Virus record (IMG/VR): IMGVR_UViG_3300050162_000175
Coordinates: 1-38,855 of that record
DNA: 38,855 nucleotides
Strand: one strand, 5' to 3'
From: a virus
Lineage: Duplodnaviria > Caudoviricetes
Shown here: piece after piece, positions 35,016 to 38,855 of the stretch
Numbering within the stretch: position 1 is the stretch's first letter
Layout: each line of letters starts with the position of its first letter
Program-made: the position numbers and the translations under genes
Notes under the pieces: generated by a model
What the model was told of the DNA's origin: nothing
Database searches by the model: none
What the model saw: only the letters and a program-made list of their open reading frames with translations

Positions 35016-35530
35016 CCGCAATGACAGACATCGAGCGCCGCGCCCAGGCCCTGGCCGACGCGCGCACCACCCTGGCCACCATCGTCACCACGCTCAACGA
35101 TGGCATCGAGGCGCTCAAGCGCGAGCACCTCAAGGGCCTCAAGGCAGCCGTCAACAAGGTCGCTGAAAAGCACGACCAGCTCAAGGCCCTCATTGAGGCC
35201 AACCCGGCACTGTTCGCCAAGCCCAGAACCGCCGTGTTTCACGGCATCAAGGTGGGCCTGGCCAAGGGCAAGGGAAAGATCGACTGGGACGACGACGACG
35301 CCATCATCAAAGCCATCAAGCGCCAGCTGCCCGATCAGCAAGACGTGCTGATCATCACCACCGAAAAGCCCAGCAAAGACGCCATGCAGCAGCTCACCAC
35401 ACAGCAGCTGCGCAAGCTCGGCGCCTCGGTCACCGAGGCCGGCGACCAGGTCGTGATCAAAGCCGCCGACCAGGACGTCGACAAGCTCGTCAAAGCCCTC
35501 ATCAAGGGCGCAACCGAGGACGCATCATGA
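35012..35530 (+). CDS. gam: Host-nuclease inhibitor Gam-like protein
   Basis: ATG at 35012. Coiled N-half, then LFAKPRTAVFHGIKVGLAKGKG...LIITTEKPSKDA...LGASV. Confidence 0.7.
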   Translation: MTAMTDIERRAQALADARTTLATIVTTLNDGIEALKREHLKGLKAAVNKVAEKHDQLKALIEANPALFAKPRTAVFHGIKVGLAKGKGKIDWDDDDAIIKAIKRQLPDQQDVLIITTEKPSKDAMQQLTTQQLRKLGASVTEAGDQVVIKAADQDVDKLVKALIKGATEDAS

Positions 35531-35829
35531 GCCACCTGCTTCAAGCCTCCCAAGTCCTGGCCCGCCCCGATGGCATGCAACTCATCGGCATGGCGCTGGA
35601 GATCGCGGCCGGCGCCGCCCGCTGCGACATCGAGCTGGACTGCAACCCATTCTCAGACGAGCACGGCCAGTGGTTTGACACCAGCGCCACGCCGTTTCAG
35701 GGCAACTGCGACAACGACCTCGAGTTCCGCCAACTGCTCGACCGCTCGATCCTGTTCCTCGACCAGTACGGCCTGCTGGAGCGGCACCCCGTTGCCCACC
35801 ACTGCGTGCGATTCCCGGAGGTGCCCTGA
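35527..35829 (+). CDS. Hypothetical protein (100 aa)
   Basis: ATGA-coupled with GAGG SD; GC3-rich codons. Confidence 0.65.
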   Translation: MSHLLQASQVLARPDGMQLIGMALEIAAGAARCDIELDCNPFSDEHGQWFDTSATPFQGNCDNDLEFRQLLDRSILFLDQYGLLERHPVAHHCVRFPEVP

Positions 35830-36083
35830 TGCCCACCGCCAAGATCACCAGCAGGCCGGTCAAGCTGCAGATCAACACATCGGGCGCCTGGCGCAACGTC
35901 ATCGAGTTCGATGCCGGAGAGTTAGAGGATGCCGGCGCTGTGATGCACCACGCCACAACGCTGGCCCGCGTGGGCAACGCTACGCTGCGCATCGTCACGG
36001 CTGATGGCATGCAGACCGCGCTGTGCTCGTGGACGCCCGATCAGGGCTGGCGCGACTTTGCGACAGGAAGGACCTTGCCGTGA
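35829..36083 (+). CDS. Hypothetical protein (84 aa)
   Basis: TGATG overlap, SD GGAGG; VKLQINTSGAWRNVIEF. Confidence 0.7.
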   Translation: MPTAKITSRPVKLQINTSGAWRNVIEFDAGELEDAGAVMHHATTLARVGNATLRIVTADGMQTALCSWTPDQGWRDFATGRTLP

Positions 36084-36646
36084 GCACCATCCGCATCTAC
36101 CTCAGCGGCCCCATGACCGGCCTGCCCGAGTGGAACTTCCCCGCCTTCCACGAAGCCGCCGCTGCCCTGCGAGCCCTTGGCTACGAAGTGGTCAGCCCCG
36201 CCGAGCTCAACGCCGACACATCGGTGACCTGGCACCAAGCCCTGCGCGCCGACATCAAGGCGCTGTGCGACTGCGATGCCATCGCCCTTCTGCCAGGCTG
36301 GGAGCGCAGCAACGGTGCGCACCTGGAGCTGCATCTGGCCCACCGGCTGGGCATCGACGTGCTGCATGTGCCTGAGCTGCTGCGCGCCAACCGCCCAACG
36401 GCCTCGGCTCACTTGCTGCGCCAAATACAGCGCGACGGCCGACTGGCTTATCTCATTGGCCCCGGCAGCCAGTCTTACGAGCTGCTCACGGCCGAGGTGG
36501 CGCAGGCCAACAAGCGCGACATCCGCGAGTTCCGAGACGAGTTTGGCCCATCACTGCATCCAGTTCAGTGGACAAGCGAGGGCGACATCGAAGACCGAAT
36601 CATTGATGCGATCCAAGCCGATCGAAAGACCCGCGCCGCCGCGTAA
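36080..36646 (+). CDS. DUF4406 (nucleoside 2-deoxyribosyltransferase-like fold) protein with extra C-terminal domain
   Basis: GTG at 36080. RIYLSGPMTGLPEWNFPAF...VVSPAE...CDAIALLPGWERSNGAHLE. Confidence 0.85.
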   Translation: MSTIRIYLSGPMTGLPEWNFPAFHEAAAALRALGYEVVSPAELNADTSVTWHQALRADIKALCDCDAIALLPGWERSNGAHLELHLAHRLGIDVLHVPELLRANRPTASAHLLRQIQRDGRLAYLIGPGSQSYELLTAEVAQANKRDIREFRDEFGPSLHPVQWTSEGDIEDRIIDAIQADRKTRAAA

Positions 36647-36679
36647 CCCTTGTCTCCCTGGTCCGCTGCAAAGCGGCTT

Positions 36680-36705
36680 CCCCTGGCCTCGGCCGGGGGC
36701 TTTTT
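36680..36705 (+). terminator. Putative Rho-independent terminator
   Basis: CCCCTGGC-ctcg-GCCGGGGG followed by CTTTTT. Confidence 0.65.
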
Positions 36706-36746
36706 CAAGCGGTTTGAACGACCGCTTGAGAAAGCGAGCCCCTCCC

Positions 36747-37034
36747 ATGAATACCCCTCATCAACACGCCCAAGCCGCGGCGCTTCAATCCTGCAGCGCC
36801 GCAAAAATCGACTTTGCCTGTCGTGCTGTCGAGGCATCCATCGAGCCGTTTGAATACGGCTTGAACCGCATCAGCTTCTTCCTGACCGACGCTGACATCA
36901 AGCGCGTACAGGAAGTGGCCGGCGGCGATGCTTTCCTCGACATGCACCACGCCCAAGTCGCCCTGGAGATCCTCCTCATGCTCGGCGTCGAGCAAAAAGA
37001 GGACGAGCTGCGCAACCAGGAAGAGCTGTTCTGA
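36747..37034 (+). CDS. Hypothetical protein (95 aa)
   Basis: MNTPHQ...QEELF; fills the gap before the com leader; weak SD. Confidence 0.5.
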   Translation: MNTPHQHAQAAALQSCSAAKIDFACRAVEASIEPFEYGLNRISFFLTDADIKRVQEVAGGDAFLDMHHAQVALEILLMLGVEQKEDELRNQEELF

Positions 37035-37060
37035 CTGCCATGAGCGCTGACATCCATCAG

Positions 37061-37178
37061 CAAAAAAAGACAGGGCGAGCACCAGCGTGTTACGAGCACG
37101 CTGGTGCCCCCTCCACCGCAAACTACCTGCGGATTCAGCCAAGGCCCTGCCACCTGTGCACAGGCGGGCCAGATTTTA
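37061..37178. ncRNA. Candidate structured RNA upstream of com (leader or antisense sRNA)
   Basis: Stems 37071-76/37144-49, 37079-89/37097-107, 37116-20/37128-32 and palindrome 37153-64. On the minus strand there is a TAAAAT -10 at 37178-37173 and a T7 tract at 37068-37062. Confidence 0.55.
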
Positions 37179-37187
37179 GGTCGAATC

Positions 37188-37409
37188 ATGCAAGACGTCC
37201 GGTGCGGCAATTGCCGACGAAAACTCGCAACAGGGCTCTATACCCGGTTGCAGATCAAATGCCCCAGGTGCGGGTGTTTGAACGATATGAGGACCACGAG
37301 TCCCACACCAGAACGCCCGCGAGCGTCAACCGGAGATCATCTTGATCAACACGACGCTGCGCAAAAAGAGTCCCCTGGCCTGGCTGGGCGGAAAAAGCCT
37401 TCTGGCTGA
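37188..37409 (+). CDS. com: Com-family zinc-finger translational activator
   Basis: MQDVRCGNCRRKLA...LQIKCPRCGCLN; overlaps the downstream methylase start, as Mu com overlaps mom. Confidence 0.85.
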   Translation: MQDVRCGNCRRKLATGLYTRLQIKCPRCGCLNDMRTTSPTPERPRASTGDHLDQHDAAQKESPGLAGRKKPSG

Positions 37410-38151
37410 CCGAATCATTGACCGGTTCCCGGCCCATGACGCATATTGCGAAGTTTTCGCGGGTGCAGCTTGGGTCTTATTCAAAAAACCTGAGTCAAAG
37501 GTTGAAATCATCAACGATATCAACAGGGACCTGGTCACCCTGTATCGATGTGTGAAACACCACCTGCCTGAGTTGATTCAGCAATTCAAGTGGATGCTGA
37601 TCGCCCGAGATGAATTCGACCGTTTCATGCAGACGCCCGCCGACACGCTCACCGATATTCAACGGTCGGCTCGCTTTTATTACATCAGCAAATCAGCCTT
37701 CGGTGCCCGTATCAGCAAACCCACCTTCGGAATTGCTGCCACAGCACCATCGCGCCTGAATTTACTGCGTATCGAAGAAGACCTCAGCGAGGCCCACTTA
37801 CGCCTCTCACGCGTCTACATCGAAAACCGGCCATTCGCCGATGTGATCGACCGCTTCGACAAGACCGGCACCCTTTTTTACCTCGATCCTCCATACTGGG
37901 GATGCGAGGGCGACTACGGCAAAGAGCTTTTCAGCCGAGATGACTTCACGCGCCTCGCGTCCATCCTGGGCGCAGTCAAAGGCCGGTTCATTCTTAGCCT
38001 CAACGACACCGAAGGCGTTCGCGAGGTCTTTTCCGCTTTCCAAATCGAGAGCGTCAAAACTCGCTACAGCATCAACCCCAAAAAGTCGACCGATCAAATG
38101 GCCGGTGAGCTGTTGATATCTAATTTCAAGACAAAGCCCAGAAGCTCATGA
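37342..38151 (+). CDS. DNA adenine methyltransferase (Dam/D12 class)
   Basis: TTG start with GGAG SD. WLGGKS, YCEVFAGAAWV, EIINDIN, FYLDPPY, ELLISNF. Confidence 0.93.
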   Translation: MINTTLRKKSPLAWLGGKSLLADRIIDRFPAHDAYCEVFAGAAWVLFKKPESKVEIINDINRDLVTLYRCVKHHLPELIQQFKWMLIARDEFDRFMQTPADTLTDIQRSARFYYISKSAFGARISKPTFGIAATAPSRLNLLRIEEDLSEAHLRLSRVYIENRPFADVIDRFDKTGTLFYLDPPYWGCEGDYGKELFSRDDFTRLASILGAVKGRFILSLNDTEGVREVFSAFQIESVKTRYSINPKKSTDQMAGELLISNFKTKPRSS

Positions 38152-38633
38152 CGAATCCCCGCCCAGTCCGTGCATCAAGCAGGCCAAAAGAGCTGGCGAT
38201 GATCCATATCGCCATCAAAGACCTGAATATGCCCGATGACGAATATCGCGCACTGCTCAAAACCGTGTGCGGCGTAGATTCATCGGCCAAACTGGACATG
38301 GCTGGGCGGCTGCGTTTTCTGGATCACTTGAAGCGGTGCGGCTGGAAGCCGAAATCAACGGATGGCAAGCCGCACCGCAAGCTGGCGCCCAAGCCAGCCA
38401 AGATTTACAGCCTGTGGCAGCAGCTGCACGCCGCAGGCAAGGTCGAGCACCGCACATTCAAAGCAATGGAGGCCTGGATCAAAGCCCAGACCGGCGTGGA
38501 CAAGCTCGAATGGCTCAACGACGCGCAGGCCGGCCAGTGCATCGAGCAGCTCAAGCTGTGGCTCGCCCGCAAAAGTCCCTTGTCTGTCGCAAAAGCCACT
38601 TGCGACGACGTCGTCGCGAAAGGTGGTGCCTGA
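38148..38633 (+). CDS. gemA: GemA / Mu gp16 (DUF1018) regulatory protein
   Basis: LAMIHIA...L...DDEYR.LL...G..SS..L, KIYSLW..L...G, WL...QA...IE.LK.W. Confidence 0.9.
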   Translation: MTNPRPVRASSRPKELAMIHIAIKDLNMPDDEYRALLKTVCGVDSSAKLDMAGRLRFLDHLKRCGWKPKSTDGKPHRKLAPKPAKIYSLWQQLHAAGKVEHRTFKAMEAWIKAQTGVDKLEWLNDAQAGQCIEQLKLWLARKSPLSVAKATCDDVVAKGGA

Positions 38634-38855
38634 TGTCGCGTAAGGGCAAACGCTCGCCGACCGAGCTCGTCACACGCTTGGTTGACATCGGCTCGGCCAA
38701 GTTGACAAAGGAGCTGGGCGCCTCGGGAGAGGCCGCCCGCCAACTCATGCGCGACATTGCCCACGAGCTGTGCCGCGAGTACGGCGGCACGCCCATGTAC
38801 ATCCCCAAAGATGCCGACTACATGCGCGACGTCCGAGACGAGGCCATCTGGGCCG
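38633..38855 (+). CDS. mor: Mor/C-family transcription activator, truncated by the window edge
   Basis: TGATG overlap with gemA. MSRKGKRSPTELV...ELCREYGGTPMYIPK...RDEAIW contains the Mor/C GG..Y.P...RD..I motif. Confidence 0.85.
   Translation, partial: MSRKGKRSPTELVTRLVDIGSAKLTKELGASGEAARQLMRDIAHELCREYGGTPMYIPKDADYMRDVRDEAIWA

Larger units (their letters stand above)
1..38855. mobile_element. Mu-like (B3/BcepMu-type) transposable prophage with siphovirus tail; both ends lie outside the window
   Basis: Contains DDE transposase + AAA B protein, Gam-like, Com, GemA, Mor/C and Mu-type gp25-29/F/G/I/T/36 head genes with a lambda-like tail tip. Early and late arms diverge from a central repressor. 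Confidence 0.96.

Noticed and set aside
37071-37150. Cloverleaf-like structure as a tRNA
   Set aside because: No TTC T-loop, no D-loop GG, no anticodon arm geometry and no CCA end.
27383-38808. Minus-strand ORFs across the early arm (e.g. 31180-32058, 34697-35341, 30276-30893)
   Set aside because: They are antisense to a continuous, translationally coupled + strand operon.

Overview
The whole window is the interior of one transposable (Mu-like) prophage with the divergent B3/BcepMu-type layout, in high-GC DNA. A central repressor (26768-27325, -) separates two arms. The rightward early/middle arm carries a Ner-like regulator, DUF3102, DDE transposase, ExeA-type AAA B protein, RdgC, a Crp/Fnr-like protein, Gam-like, DUF4406, a com/DNA adenine methylase cassette, gemA and a Mor/C activator cut by the right edge. 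The leftward late arm carries the amidase, holin, spanins, an inserted SGNH-hydrolase cassette, the Mu-type terminase/portal/F/G/I/T head genes and a lambda-type siphovirus tail (tube, G/GT frameshift chaperone, tape measure, M, L, K, I, J cut by the left edge). Neither prophage end is in the window. Features that the ORF track misses or mis-starts include gene J, the -1 frameshifted GT chaperone, the embedded Rz1 lipoprotein and Mor/C. The most notable non-standard observations are: a twice-repeated 21-bp late-promoter motif with identical spacing to its -10 box; a 24-bp tandem palindrome near the probable genome centre; structured RNA candidates upstream of com and downstream of the capsid genes; a small-protein + SGNH-esterase pair inside the late operon; a phage-encoded Crp-like protein; and an independently transcribed three-gene cassette bordered by nested inverted repeats. 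All family assignments come from motif recognition and synteny, not database searches.
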